This document shows positions 31,932-41,886 of a stretch of DNA of 64,000 nucleotides, one piece after another. Every line of letters begins with the position of its first letter. The stretch's first letter is position 1. The position numbers were made by a program, and so were the translations under genes. The notes under the pieces were generated by a model. That model did no database searches. It was given only the letters and a program-made list of their open reading frames with translations, and was not told the origin of the DNA. Source of the stretch: Candidatus Sumerlaea chitinivorans (lineage in GTDB: Bacteria > Sumerlaeota > Sumerlaeia > Sumerlaeales > Sumerlaeaceae); the NCBI GenBank assembly GCA_003290465.1, contig CP030759.1, forward strand, positions 1,988,572 through 2,052,571. The letters are read 5' to 3'.

Positions 31932-33335
31932 TTACTTTTCGGGGGGCGCCGGTGAGGATGGTTCCTCTGAAGCGGCGGAGGGCTCTGCCTTAATAACCGT
32001 ACGGTGGGTCTGCCGCTGTTTTTCCCACCACGCCATGCGCTTTGCGATCTCACGCTCAAATCCGAACGTTCCCGGTTCGTAGAAGACGCGGCCACGGAGT
32101 GCCTCCGGCAGGCACTCCTGTCCTGAAAAGTGGTCGGGAGCCTCGTGGTCATATACGTAACCAGCTCCATAGCCGAGACGCTCCATCAACTCCGTCGGGG
32201 CATTGCGCAAATGCAGAGGCACTGGGAGCGAGCCGCTACGTTCAATTTCTTCGCGGGCGCGAGCCTCTGCCACATAGAGCGAGTTACTCTTGGGGGCGGT
32301 GGCCAAGTAAACCACGCACTGCAGAAGTGCAAGCTCGCCCTCTGGAGAACCCAGCACGGAATAGGCTTCGCGTGCGGCAAGAGCGACACTCAGAGCTTGT
32401 GGATCGGCATTGCCCACATCTTCGCTGGCGAAACGAATGAGGCGACGCGCGATATACAGCGGATCCTCGCCCGACGTCAGCATGCGCATCGCCCAATAGA
32501 TCGCAGCTTGGACGTCGCTTGCGCGAAGAGATTTGTGGAGCGCACTGATCAGATTGTAATGCTCTTCGCCGCTTTTATCGTAGAGGAGATGGGTGCGGCG
32601 AAGAACAAGGCTGAGAGTCTCGCGCTCGATTGCCGGCGGCTGCTTCTTTTCGGTGAGAGCAATTTGCGCTGCCATTTCGAGCAGATTGAGCGCACGCCGA
32701 GCGTCGCCATCCGCAAGCCGTGCAATTTCGTCCAAGACGTCGTCCGAGCATTCGATCCCAAGGCTGCCGAGCCCTCGTTCCATGTCCTGAAGCGCTCGAC
32801 GCAGGATCGTACGCAATGCTGCCGCAGAAAGCTGGTGAAGGACGATGACCTCGCACCGCGACAGAAGCGGGGCGATGAGCGAGAAGGAGGGATTCTCCGT
32901 CGTCGCCCCAATCAGTAGAATCGAACCATCCTCCACAAAGGGGAGAAAGGCGTCCTGCTGAGCCTTGTTGAACCGATGGATTTCGTCGATAAACAACAGA
33001 GTCCTGCGACCGTAACGGTTGCGGTTGATGCGGGCCCGCTCCATCACCTCTTTCACTTCGCGAATCGAGGCGGTGACAGCGCTCAAGGAGGCGAAATCGC
33101 TATGCGCTACCCGTGCGACAATCAAGGCCAGTGTGGTTTTGCCGCATCCGGGGGGACCCCAGAAGATGAGCGATCGCAGACGATCCTCTTCGATGAGGCG
33201 CCGCAGTGCGGAATTCGGCCCAACCACGTCGTCCTGCCCCACAAATTCGTCCAGTGTGCGGGGCCGCATCCGCTCCGCCAATGGGGCTTCGGGGCGGGAA
33301 CGCGCTGCATCGTCGTCTCGCAGCAATAGGTCCAT
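31932..33335 (-). CDS. rarA: Replication-associated recombination protein A (RarA/MgsA) AAA+ ATPase
   Basis: Walker A WGPPGCGKTTLA. The start was re-set to MDLLLRDDD, the ATG whose complement lies at 33333..33335. The longer ORF extends into the obg promoter region. Confidence 0.85.
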   Translation of the reverse strand: MDLLLRDDDAARSRPEAPLAERMRPRTLDEFVGQDDVVGPNSALRRLIEEDRLRSLIFWGPPGCGKTTLALIVARVAHSDFASLSAVTASIREVKEVMERARINRNRYGRRTLLFIDEIHRFNKAQQDAFLPFVEDGSILLIGATTENPSFSLIAPLLSRCEVIVLHQLSAAALRTILRRALQDMERGLGSLGIECSDDVLDEIARLADGDARRALNLLEMAAQIALTEKKQPPAIERETLSLVLRRTHLLYDKSGEEHYNLISALHKSLRASDVQAAIYWAMRMLTSGEDPLYIARRLIRFASEDVGNADPQALSVALAAREAYSVLGSPEGELALLQCVVYLATAPKSNSLYVAEARAREEIERSGSLPVPLHLRNAPTELMERLGYGAGYVYDHEAPDHFSGQECLPEALRGRVFYEPGTFGFEREIAKRMAWWEKQRQTHRTVIKAEPSAASEEPSSPAPPEK

Positions 33336-33462
33336 ACACTGATTTCTACCATACCGCTGGGCCTCCGAGTCAAATGCGCGAATAGGCAGCCACGCCCACT
33401 GGCGGTTAGAAAACGCAGGGTGGACAAAATGAAAGTTCGCCGACGTTGTCCCCATAAAACGC

Positions 33463-34611
33463 ATGTTTGTAGACTACGCCAAAATCTATCTTGAAGCAGG
33501 CGACGGCGGGACAGGTTGCGTGAGTTTCCGCCGTGAAAAGTACGTGCCCCATGGGGGCCCCGACGGAGGCGATGGCGGGCGCGGCGGGCATATCTATCTC
33601 GTCGCGGATCCGCATGTGGTTACGCTCCTCGATTTCAAGTATCGGCCCCACTACCGCGCGAAGCGAGGCCAGCACGGCATGGGAAGCAACTGCTCGGGAC
33701 GCGACGCGGAGGACCTGTACCTCCACGTGCCCCTCGGCACCGTCGTCAGCGATGAACACGGAAATCACCTCGCCGACCTTGTCGAACCGGGGCAGGTCTT
33801 TCTGGCTGCGCGCGGCGGCCGCGGCGGCCGAGGCAATCAACATTTCGCGACGCCCACGAATAAAGCCCCCCGCAAGTTCGAATACGGTGAAAAAGGCGAG
33901 CGACGCACCCTCATCCTTGAACTAAAATTGATTGCGGACGTTGGCCTCATTGGCTTGCCGAACGCAGGGAAGTCGACACTTTTGGCCACACTCACAGCGG
34001 CCACTCCCAAAATCGCCCCGTACCCGTTTACCACCATTCACCCGAATCTGGGGGTGATGGAATTCGATGACGCCACGCGCTGCACCTTAGCGGATATTCC
34101 CGGTTTGATCGAGGGCGCGCACCGTGGCGCTGGCCTTGGCCACCGCTTCCTGCGCCACATCGAGCGCACGAAGCTCTTGGTCCACCTGATTGCTCCACCC
34201 GAGCAACCCCCTCTTGATGATTTTGAAGCCTATCGATATGCGCGGGAGCTGGTAAACCGAGAGCTTGCGCAGTATTCGGCGACACTTGCAGCAAAGCCGC
34301 AAATCGTGTGCCTAAGCAAATGTGACCTACTCGAGCCCACGACGGTGGAAGCACTTGTGCGCCAATTCCGCGAACGCGAGGGCGTGGAGATCCTGCCTAT
34401 TAGTGCTCAAGCGCATACGGGCCTTGAAAGACTCAAAAGCGAAATTCAGAAAGCGTTGCGCAACCTGACTGACAGTGAGAGCATGCCGAGCGTTGCAGTG
34501 CCAGCATCCTCACTTCCCGCGAGTTCGAGCACGACGGACGACGCTGAGCAGTTGGCTGGGAGTGAAACCGGTGAGCCCACCGACGAGACGTGCAACACAG
34601 ACGCAAATTAG
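33463..34611 (+). CDS. obg: GTPase Obg/CgtA
   Basis: 382 aa. It has an N-terminal glycine-rich Obg fold (GGDGGRGG), then G-domain motifs GLPNAGKST and DIPGLIEGA. Confidence 0.95.
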   Translation: MFVDYAKIYLEAGDGGTGCVSFRREKYVPHGGPDGGDGGRGGHIYLVADPHVVTLLDFKYRPHYRAKRGQHGMGSNCSGRDAEDLYLHVPLGTVVSDEHGNHLADLVEPGQVFLAARGGRGGRGNQHFATPTNKAPRKFEYGEKGERRTLILELKLIADVGLIGLPNAGKSTLLATLTAATPKIAPYPFTTIHPNLGVMEFDDATRCTLADIPGLIEGAHRGAGLGHRFLRHIERTKLLVHLIAPPEQPPLDDFEAYRYARELVNRELAQYSATLAAKPQIVCLSKCDLLEPTTVEALVRQFREREGVEILPISAQAHTGLERLKSEIQKALRNLTDSESMPSVAVPASSLPASSSTTDDAEQLAGSETGEPTDETCNTDAN

Positions 34612-34879
34612 CCACTGACGCTTGTTCCGAACCATGTCTGCAATGAGTTGACAGCTACAGAATCCGTACTCCATGATTGCGCGAATTTCATTGTGAGGAA
34701 AATTTATGGTTGGAAAAACACAACGAGTCGCCACTTTCGCCCCCGCGGCCACGGGAGGCCCCGTTTCAACTACCCCTCGTCGTGGTCATAGGTCACGGGC
34801 ACGAACAACGCCCGTATTCGCTTTTGTGGTCCTTGTTGGCACCCTCATTTCAAACCCGTTAGAAAGGAAGCTGCAAGCG

Positions 34880-36004
34880 ATGGAACTGCCGGCCGATTTG
34901 GAATCCAAACTTCGAACGGCTCAGCCGGGCGAAATTGTTGACATGGGGAGTTACCCAATGGCGGAGCTGCCCCTGCTGGAATACGAGAAACGTGCGGGGG
35001 GACCGCAGTTTATTTTCTCCGACGATCCCGAGTACTTCCGCGTTCCCGAGGGGGCGGGCGTGCGCGAAAAAGTTCAGCCCGGACGAGTGCGCCTGTACAC
35101 CTATCACGTCAACGGCACCACAGAGAGCGCCCGGCGTATCTCGACAGTGATTGAAAATTTGGGCTCGCGACCGCTCACGCTGCGATGGCACCGCTACGCC
35201 TTCCGCGGGCCAAGCACCGATTACTATCGGGTGGGCAAAGGGGGGCTCGTGGACTTCTTCTCGGCTAAGAATCTCCCACCAGCAATGACGATTCCAGCAG
35301 GGGGAGCCGCTCCGCTGGATCCCAAGATGGACGCGGTGGCGGTTCGTTACGACGAACTGGTCCACGGCTTCTACGAGTTTGAAATTGATCAGCCCGCGCG
35401 CATCACTACATTGCAAACGTCCCTTGAGACGCCAGCGGTGGAGGCGAACGCCCGCATTCGCGAGGTGCTCCCGCCGCGCAAAACATTGGGTGCCGGGCGG
35501 GGACTTTTCAAAACCAGTGACTACGACATCACGCCGAAAGGTGGGAGTCCCTACGATACCGCAGACGGGCCCAAACAGATCCTTGTCGCCGACGGCAAAC
35601 ATGATCCGTGGATCACTGGCTGGGACGATAGTCGCTCCAGCGCAAGCCGCAATGCGGGCAATTACGGAGTGCTCTATCGCATCCGCGTTCCGTATCGCTC
35701 GAGCGATGGCCGCGGCATTGCCGTCGTTCTCTGGTATCCGCCCGCCGGAGGCAAATGGTGCGATGCGTGCGCGCTGGCAGTCGTTGCAAACGCTGGGGTG
35801 CACGCCGGTGGAGTCATCGAAATTCCGCGCGACCGAACGACCTTTACCGGTCGAACGAACGCGGGAGTCATTCAGATCTACCCACCGGCAACTCAAGGCA
35901 CCGAGGGAGTTATTGAATTGACTTATTCACCGCCGGGCGCATCATGCCTGCCGAATCCGATTTTGTTGATTCCAATTCACCTGAACGAGCTTAAAAAGGA
36001 ATGA
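34880..36004 (+). CDS. Hypothetical protein. The start was chosen at MELPADL, which has a good RBS (gaaaggaag). A longer alternative starts at 34706 and would include a hydrophobic leader.
   Basis: It has no family motifs. Its stop overlaps the start of the SurA-like gene (ATGA at 36001..36004). Confidence 0.5.
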   Translation: MELPADLESKLRTAQPGEIVDMGSYPMAELPLLEYEKRAGGPQFIFSDDPEYFRVPEGAGVREKVQPGRVRLYTYHVNGTTESARRISTVIENLGSRPLTLRWHRYAFRGPSTDYYRVGKGGLVDFFSAKNLPPAMTIPAGGAAPLDPKMDAVAVRYDELVHGFYEFEIDQPARITTLQTSLETPAVEANARIREVLPPRKTLGAGRGLFKTSDYDITPKGGSPYDTADGPKQILVADGKHDPWITGWDDSRSSASRNAGNYGVLYRIRVPYRSSDGRGIAVVLWYPPAGGKWCDACALAVVANAGVHAGGVIEIPRDRTTFTGRTNAGVIQIYPPATQGTEGVIELTYSPPGASCLPNPILLIPIHLNELKKE

Positions 36005-37167
36005 CGGAAAGCCGACCACGAAGAGTTGCCCGGGTAGGGCGCTGTTCGTTTGTCGTCATGACATTGCTCGTTCTTATCTTGAATGGAGCTCGCGTGCAAG
36101 CCGCCGGCCAGGTGGCCGACGGCGTCCTTGCGCGCGTCAACGAGGACGTCATTCTTGCCAGTGATCTGCGCGAAGTCCTCCGCGAGAAGGGGTGGGATGG
36201 GAGCGGAGACCCCATTGCAGCAGCTTCCGTGGAGCATGTGCGGGCACTTCTCGATCGCACTCTCTTGCTTCAGGCGGCCAAGAAGATGGGAGGAAGCGAT
36301 CCGGACGCTGAGATCCTCGATCAAGTCGAATCCATGGTCACGCGAATTCGCAGCCAGTATCCAAGCGAAACAGAGTTCCGACGTGAGGTGATCGCCCAGT
36401 ACGGTTCCGTCGAGGCCTTCAAGCGCGAGCTCCAAAAGAAGGCGACATTGGACTGGAAGATTGGGCGTGCCATTCACAGCCGGTTCACCATCACAGATGC
36501 TGACGTCGCCCGCTTCGAGGCTGAGTGCCGCGCGAAGGGCCGAATCCCTGAGAGTTACCATCTGCGGCGCTTAGGGGTACCGGTGGATAGCGAGACCAGC
36601 CGCGGACGCCAGCAAGCGCTTGCTCAGGTCAAGCAGATCCTCGACGACGCGACCGCACGTGGCCTCGGATTTGCAGAGACCGTTCGCCGCTTCACCTTGG
36701 TCCCGGGCGAGCGCGAAACTGCGGGAGATCTCGGGTTTATTCCTGCGGAGCAGTTGGCACCCGACGTCCGACGGGCTGTTCAGAAACTGGAACCGGGACA
36801 AGTGACCGAACCGATTTTAGCCGGTAACTACGCATCTATCTTTTACTTGGAGGCCAAGCGGGGGCCACGCTCGACCCTTTACGAGCAGCGATTCTTGGAG
36901 ACGCGTGATAAGCTTCTCGGAGAGCTTAGGAAGAAAGCCCGCCTGCAGGTGTTTGATCCGCGGCTTGCCCGGAAAATCCCAAAAGAGTATGCTGAATGCG
37001 TGGAGCCGACCGTTTTAGCTGCGACATCATTAGCAACCGGGGCGCGCGTCGTGGAGGGGCAAAACGAAGACGGCGCCTCGACGAATCCCGCAGCCAGCGA
37101 GTCGCCCTCCCCCACCCCGTCACGCGCTTTTCCCGCCAAACTCTTTTCACGCTTCCAACGCAATTAG
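36001..37167 (+). CDS. SurA-like periplasmic chaperone / parvulin-type peptidyl-prolyl isomerase
   Basis: 388 aa. It has a signal peptide, a SurA-N-like region, and a PpiC-type domain (GDLGFIPAEQLAPDVRRAVQKLEPGQVTEPI). It sits immediately upstream of pdxA, as in the classic surA-pdxA linkage. Confidence 0.7.
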   Translation: MTESRPRRVARVGRCSFVVMTLLVLILNGARVQAAGQVADGVLARVNEDVILASDLREVLREKGWDGSGDPIAAASVEHVRALLDRTLLLQAAKKMGGSDPDAEILDQVESMVTRIRSQYPSETEFRREVIAQYGSVEAFKRELQKKATLDWKIGRAIHSRFTITDADVARFEAECRAKGRIPESYHLRRLGVPVDSETSRGRQQALAQVKQILDDATARGLGFAETVRRFTLVPGERETAGDLGFIPAEQLAPDVRRAVQKLEPGQVTEPILAGNYASIFYLEAKRGPRSTLYEQRFLETRDKLLGELRKKARLQVFDPRLARKIPKEYAECVEPTVLAATSLATGARVVEGQNEDGASTNPAASESPSPTPSRAFPAKLFSRFQRN

Positions 37168-37289
37168 TTCGAACGTCTGCCCGGCAAAAAGAGCCCACAT
37201 CCACGCCTCGAGAAATTTGTTAGAAAACGTGTCAGGCTGGAGTCGTTTTTTCTCGAACTCGTACCTGAACCGATCACAATCACAAGACG

Positions 37290-38318
37290 ATGAGAGCGAA
37301 GTCGGAGAAATGCTTGCGTTTGGCGATCACAATGGGCGACCCCGGGGGGGTTGGACCTGAGCTCGTGGCCTGCGTCCTCCGCGAACTCTCGGTGGCAGGC
37401 TTCCAAGCTTTGGTGTTCGGAAGTGCGGAGCTCTTACGGGAAGCTGCCAACCTTCGTCAGCTTGAGCTGCCTCCCCTTGTCACTGTCCAGCAGGTGGAGG
37501 AAGCAGGTGCGGCAGAACATCCGGTGGTGGTCGTGGAAGCGCCAGAGGTGGGTTCGGAGTTTGTCCGTGGACGCGCGCACCCCGCTAACGGACGTGCCGC
37601 GCTGCGTTGGATAGAACTTGCGACGCAAGCGGTGCTTGGGGGCGCAGCGGACGCGCTGGTGACCGCCCCGATCTCAAAGGATGCCATCCGTGCCGCTGGC
37701 TCACCTTTTCCCGGTCACACGGAGTACCTTGCCTCCCTCTGTGGAAATGCCGAAGTGCGCATGATGCTCGAAGGCGGTGGATTGCGCGTCGTGTTGGAAA
37801 CCATTCACGTACCACTCGCAGACGTGCCGAAGCTGATTTCGCGCGAGCACTTGCGGCGCACCCTCGAAATTGCCCACACGTGGGCCCAAGAATATCTGAC
37901 GCCGACGCCGCGAATCGGGGTATGCGGACTCAACCCACACGCCGGCGAGAATGGTCACTTTGGCTCGGAGGAACTTGAGATCATTGGCCCCACCGTGGCA
38001 GAAGCGCGCGATAAGGGCATCGCGGCCAGCGATCCTCTTCCGGCGGACACCGCCTTCTACCGAGCGCTTCGTGGTGAGTTCGATCTCGTGGTGGCAATGT
38101 ACCACGACCAAGGCTTAGTGGCCGTGAAGACGCTTGCTTTCGAGACAGGGGTGAATATTACGTTGGGGTTACCCATCATCCGCACCTCGCCCGACCATGG
38201 GACAGCGTTCGACATTGCGTGGCAGGGTCGGGCCCAGTCTAGCTCGATGACAGCGGCGGTCCGCCGGGCGATCGAGCTTGCGGAACAGCGGCGTGCAAGC
38301 CGGCAAAAATGCGGCTAA
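37290..38318 (+). CDS. pdxA: 4-hydroxythreonine-4-phosphate dehydrogenase PdxA
   Basis: 342 aa. It starts LAITMGDPGGVGPE and contains HTEYL and NPHAGE, the PdxA metal site. Confidence 0.9.
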   Translation: MRAKSEKCLRLAITMGDPGGVGPELVACVLRELSVAGFQALVFGSAELLREAANLRQLELPPLVTVQQVEEAGAAEHPVVVVEAPEVGSEFVRGRAHPANGRAALRWIELATQAVLGGAADALVTAPISKDAIRAAGSPFPGHTEYLASLCGNAEVRMMLEGGGLRVVLETIHVPLADVPKLISREHLRRTLEIAHTWAQEYLTPTPRIGVCGLNPHAGENGHFGSEELEIIGPTVAEARDKGIAASDPLPADTAFYRALRGEFDLVVAMYHDQGLVAVKTLAFETGVNITLGLPIIRTSPDHGTAFDIAWQGRAQSSSMTAAVRRAIELAEQRRASRQKCG

Positions 38319-38745
38319 GGGTTCGCCAGCAAACGCACGTCGAGTGCAGCGGCGAAAAAGTCTGAACGCGGCATCAGATCTCCTCCCACGTGTTTTTTAC
38401 AGAGAGAGGGTCAACCGGACTTCAAGCATATCTCGGAAGAAGATGCTGCCGTAGCATTCTGAAACAGAAGATTCTTTGCGCCGTGCAAGCTGCGGAACGC
38501 GACGCGGGTCTTCGAGAATTCTGTTGGTTGGGGCAATTTGCGGACGAATGCAGAAGCATGGGTTGGAGTATACGTATTGCGTTTGCTGACGGGTGAGAGG
38601 CTCCCGTCATGCTGTCCCGTGCGCTGTAGTTGGATAAGCTGCAACCGCGCGGTGGGCACGTGGGTCCCGCACGACTCGGAAAGCCGATTGGTCGTTGGAC
38701 GGGATGCCACCTCTGCCAAAGCTACGCAGGAAGGACTGCAGGCAA

Positions 38746-39207
38746 ATGAGCGTCAATAACCAGATCATCCGCGATTATCTTGCGAACGAATTGAAAAAAG
38801 ACGTTCCAGAATTCGGGCCGGGGGACACACTGAAGGTTTCCGTCCGGATCACGGAGGGCGACAAGGAACGCATCCAGGATTTCATCGGTGTGTGCATCCG
38901 CCGCAAAGGGAGTGGCATCAGCGAAACGTTTACCGTTCGGCGCGTAAGCTACGGCGTCGGAATGGAGCGTATTTTCCCAATTCACTCCCCAAAAGTGGAA
39001 GCGATCGAAGTCCTTCGGCGGGGCAAGGTGCGCCGCGCCAAACTCTACTATCTGCGTGAGCTGCGCGGCAAGAAAGCCCGCATCGTCGAACGCAAAGTGC
39101 GTCATGCCGGGATTGATACCAGCGTCGTCCTCGACGAGCAGCCGGCTGCGGAAGCTCAACAGCCTGCAGCACCCGCTGAGCAGACCCAGCCTCAGCAAGA
39201 GAGCTAA
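38746..39207 (+). CDS. rplS: 50S ribosomal protein L19 with a C-terminal Ala/Gln-rich extension
   Basis: It starts [31 protein letters not shown], continues ...GVCIRRKG and ...[18 protein letters not shown], and begins at the ATG at 38746. Confidence 0.9.
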   Translation: MSVNNQIIRDYLANELKKDVPEFGPGDTLKVSVRITEGDKERIQDFIGVCIRRKGSGISETFTVRRVSYGVGMERIFPIHSPKVEAIEVLRRGKVRRAKLYYLRELRGKKARIVERKVRHAGIDTSVVLDEQPAAEAQQPAAPAEQTQPQQES

Positions 39208-39956
39208 GCGGTACGTCGCAGATACGCGGACAAAATCGCGATGCTCTTCGCTATTCCGAGAAGGGCGAAGTATAAGGGTTTCCGTCTTTAGGATGGGAAG
39301 CTAAGAGCCTTCGCTTTACGCACCACCTGTCTGCTGCACTTGTTCTAAGCATGGTGGCCGCGAGCTTGCCATTGGGCATCAAGAGTTGGCCTCTTTGGAG
39401 ATATTAGTCGCGATTCTAAGGGTCAACGCTGTTGCGTAGGCGTTGCATCGGGGGCGTCCGCAATTGCCGGCCCATTTTGCCGCAGGCGATTTTCCGCCAT
39501 GCGTGGGGTGAGCAATTGCCTCCGCTCTGGCTTCCGAGGTCAGCAGACGAGTCTCCTTGAATGCTGATTTCGTTCGCGTTGGCTTCAACCGGACGGGATT
39601 CCCTACGGCTTCCAGCGAAAGGTGCAAAGAAGCAAGGTGGCCTTGCCCCCTCGGCTAAGCGTGAATGACTTTTCAAAACGTTCAGTCCTTGGGGCGTAAG
39701 TCTTTTTTTCTTGCTTTCTTTCTCCTCGCCCATGACATATGTTAAATTTTGAAGAATCGAGTGGGTTAACAAAAAAAGCGGAAGCCAAGCTATGAGAGGT
39801 GGCCCTCCGACTCTCTATTGGGTGTGTGGCATGCGGTTTCTCACCGTGATGAGTGACCCATCTATTTCGGGGTAAGCGGATTAAATGGTTGATCTTACCT
39901 TTGCATGAGAGTGAGGCAGACCGGCATCTCATCGGATTATCTGGTTGATGCTTCAC

Positions 39957-40364
39957 CTACTGCTGGTGCATGTTTCCTTCGCTAATTCCAGCAAGAACCC
40001 CACACGCCTCAACTTCCCGGTCATCGTTGCAACTCGCTCTCAGTGAAACGAGTTGTTTCTCAAGCGCTTGCAGAGCGGTTATCTGCGACCGCACATGAGA
40101 GATGTGATCATCGAGCAAGGCGTTGACGGCGGTACAAGGCTGATGAGGGTCGTCCTGATAGCTCTGTAGTTCGTGAATCTCAGCCAGTGACAGGCCCAGG
40201 ATTCTGCAGCGACGGATGAAGGCCAGCCTCTCACCATGCTTCTCGGTATAGACACGGTAACCGTTGTCCTGCCGATCAGGCGGCGGCAACAAGCCCTGCT
40301 GTTCATAGAAGCGGATCGTCTGTGTTTCGACCCCTACCAACTGCGCCAACTGACCAATGCGCAT
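39957..40364 (-). CDS. MerR-family metal-responsive transcriptional regulator (CadR/PbrR-like); passenger gene of the IS
   Basis: It starts MRIGQLAQLVGVETQTIRFYEQQGLLPPP, which is a MerR HTH. It has a C-terminal Cys pair (CNDDREVEAC). Confidence 0.85.
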   Translation of the reverse strand: MRIGQLAQLVGVETQTIRFYEQQGLLPPPDRQDNGYRVYTEKHGERLAFIRRCRILGLSLAEIHELQSYQDDPHQPCTAVNALLDDHISHVRSQITALQALEKQLVSLRASCNDDREVEACGVLAGISEGNMHQQ

Positions 40365-40459
40365 CAGCCTCCTCCCCAACGGATTCTTTACTCTATTGAC
40401 CTTATAGTAGCTTTATAGTTTTAAATGGTACCACAACATTGTTCAAGTGGAGTCGTATC

Positions 40460-41356
40460 ATGAGCAAATCCTGTGGTGGCGCCTGTGGCGGTGATGCAAC
40501 GCCCGCAGCGGATACCGATATACAGGCCTCCTCCGAGGCGCCAGGGAGATGGGTCAGTGTTTATGCCGTGCCGAAGATGGACTGTCCATCAGAAGAGCGC
40601 ATGATTCGCCTGGCCCTGAACGGCGTTGAGGGGATTCGGGCACTGTCCTTCGACTTGTCGAACCGCCGGTTGAAGGTCGTGCATGACGGCGAGGCTGAGC
40701 CCATTACCGCGAAACTGGCGACCTTGGGGCTAGGCGCCTCTCTTCAGGAAACCGTCATTGCCGACCCAGAGACGATCAAGGCCGCTGAGAGCTCGGCAGT
40801 CTCTGCTACGCAGGAGTCAGGCACTCTGCGCGTGTTGCTCGGTATCAATGCACTTCTGTTCGTGGTGGAAATGACTGCCGGCCTGATCGCCCAGTCTACC
40901 GGCCTGATCGCTGATTCCCTGGATATGTTTGCCGATGCAGCCGTCTATGGCCTGGCTCTCTATGCCGTAGGGCGCAGTGCGAAAATGCAGGTACGTGCCG
41001 CGCATCTGGCAGGGGTACTGCAACTGATTTTGGCTATCGGCGTACTCGTCGAGGTGGTGCGACGCTTTGTATTCGGTAGTGAGCCTGAATCGCTGATGAT
41101 GATGGCGATCGCATTCGTCGCATTGATTGCCAATACCAGTTGTCTGCTGCTCATATCCAAACATCGGGAGGGCGGGGCGCACATGAAGGCAAGCTGGATA
41201 TTCTCGGCCAACGACGTGGTGATCAACCTGGGGGTCATCACCGCCGGCGCCCTGGTCGCGTGGACCGGGTCCAATTATCCGGATCTGATTATCGGCACCA
41301 TCGTGGGGGTCATTGTACTTAACGGTGCCAGACGCATTCTGGCGTTGAAGGGTTAA
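40460..41356 (+). CDS. Cation diffusion facilitator (CDF) family metal efflux protein; passenger gene of the IS
   Basis: It starts MSKSCGGACGG, a Cys-rich N-terminus. It has six predicted TM segments with the LIADSLDMFAD motif. It is divergent from the MerR-like gene. Confidence 0.8.
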   Translation: MSKSCGGACGGDATPAADTDIQASSEAPGRWVSVYAVPKMDCPSEERMIRLALNGVEGIRALSFDLSNRRLKVVHDGEAEPITAKLATLGLGASLQETVIADPETIKAAESSAVSATQESGTLRVLLGINALLFVVEMTAGLIAQSTGLIADSLDMFADAAVYGLALYAVGRSAKMQVRAAHLAGVLQLILAIGVLVEVVRRFVFGSEPESLMMMAIAFVALIANTSCLLLISKHREGGAHMKASWIFSANDVVINLGVITAGALVAWTGSNYPDLIIGTIVGVIVLNGARRILALKG

Positions 41357-41359
41357 ATA

Positions 41360-41872
41360 ATGCTCATTATTGGCAAAAAGCTCTCGCCGTATGCCCTATT
41401 GTCCATATCGGGCCTGCTGGCAGCGTCTGATCAGGCTGTAAAGTGGCTGGTGCAGCAATCAATGGCCTATGGCGAGTATGTTTCGGTGACCCCGTTCTTT
41501 AACTGGGTGCACCTATGGAACACCGGTGCCGCATTCAGTCTTTTTGCGAATGGTGGAGGCTGGCAGCGCTACTTTTTTATCGGAATCGCGGTAGTGGTCT
41601 CGATTTTTCTGATCAAGCTGATCCTTGAAAATCGTCATAAAGGAGAAGCCATCGCTTACAGTCTTATCCTCGGTGGCGCCATGGGCAACCTGATTGACCG
41701 GGTCTTTCGCGGCTATGTTGTGGATTCCTTTGATTTCTATTGGCGAGACTGGCATTGGCCGGCCTTCAACCTGGCTGATATTCCAATTGTCCTCGGTGCC
41801 TTACTTTTCGTTTCCAGCAGCTTGTTGGGTAAAAAAGCAAACACCAATGCCGAGTCGGATGGATCTGACTGA
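41360..41872 (+). CDS. lspA: Lipoprotein signal peptidase II; passenger gene of the IS
   Basis: 170 aa. It contains ...FNWVHLWNTGAAFSLF... and ...GGAMGNLIDR, which are LspA boxes. Confidence 0.9.
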   Translation: MLIIGKKLSPYALLSISGLLAASDQAVKWLVQQSMAYGEYVSVTPFFNWVHLWNTGAAFSLFANGGGWQRYFFIGIAVVVSIFLIKLILENRHKGEAIAYSLILGGAMGNLIDRVFRGYVVDSFDFYWRDWHWPAFNLADIPIVLGALLFVSSSLLGKKANTNAESDGSD

Positions 41873-41886
41873 CACCTACGCCTATA

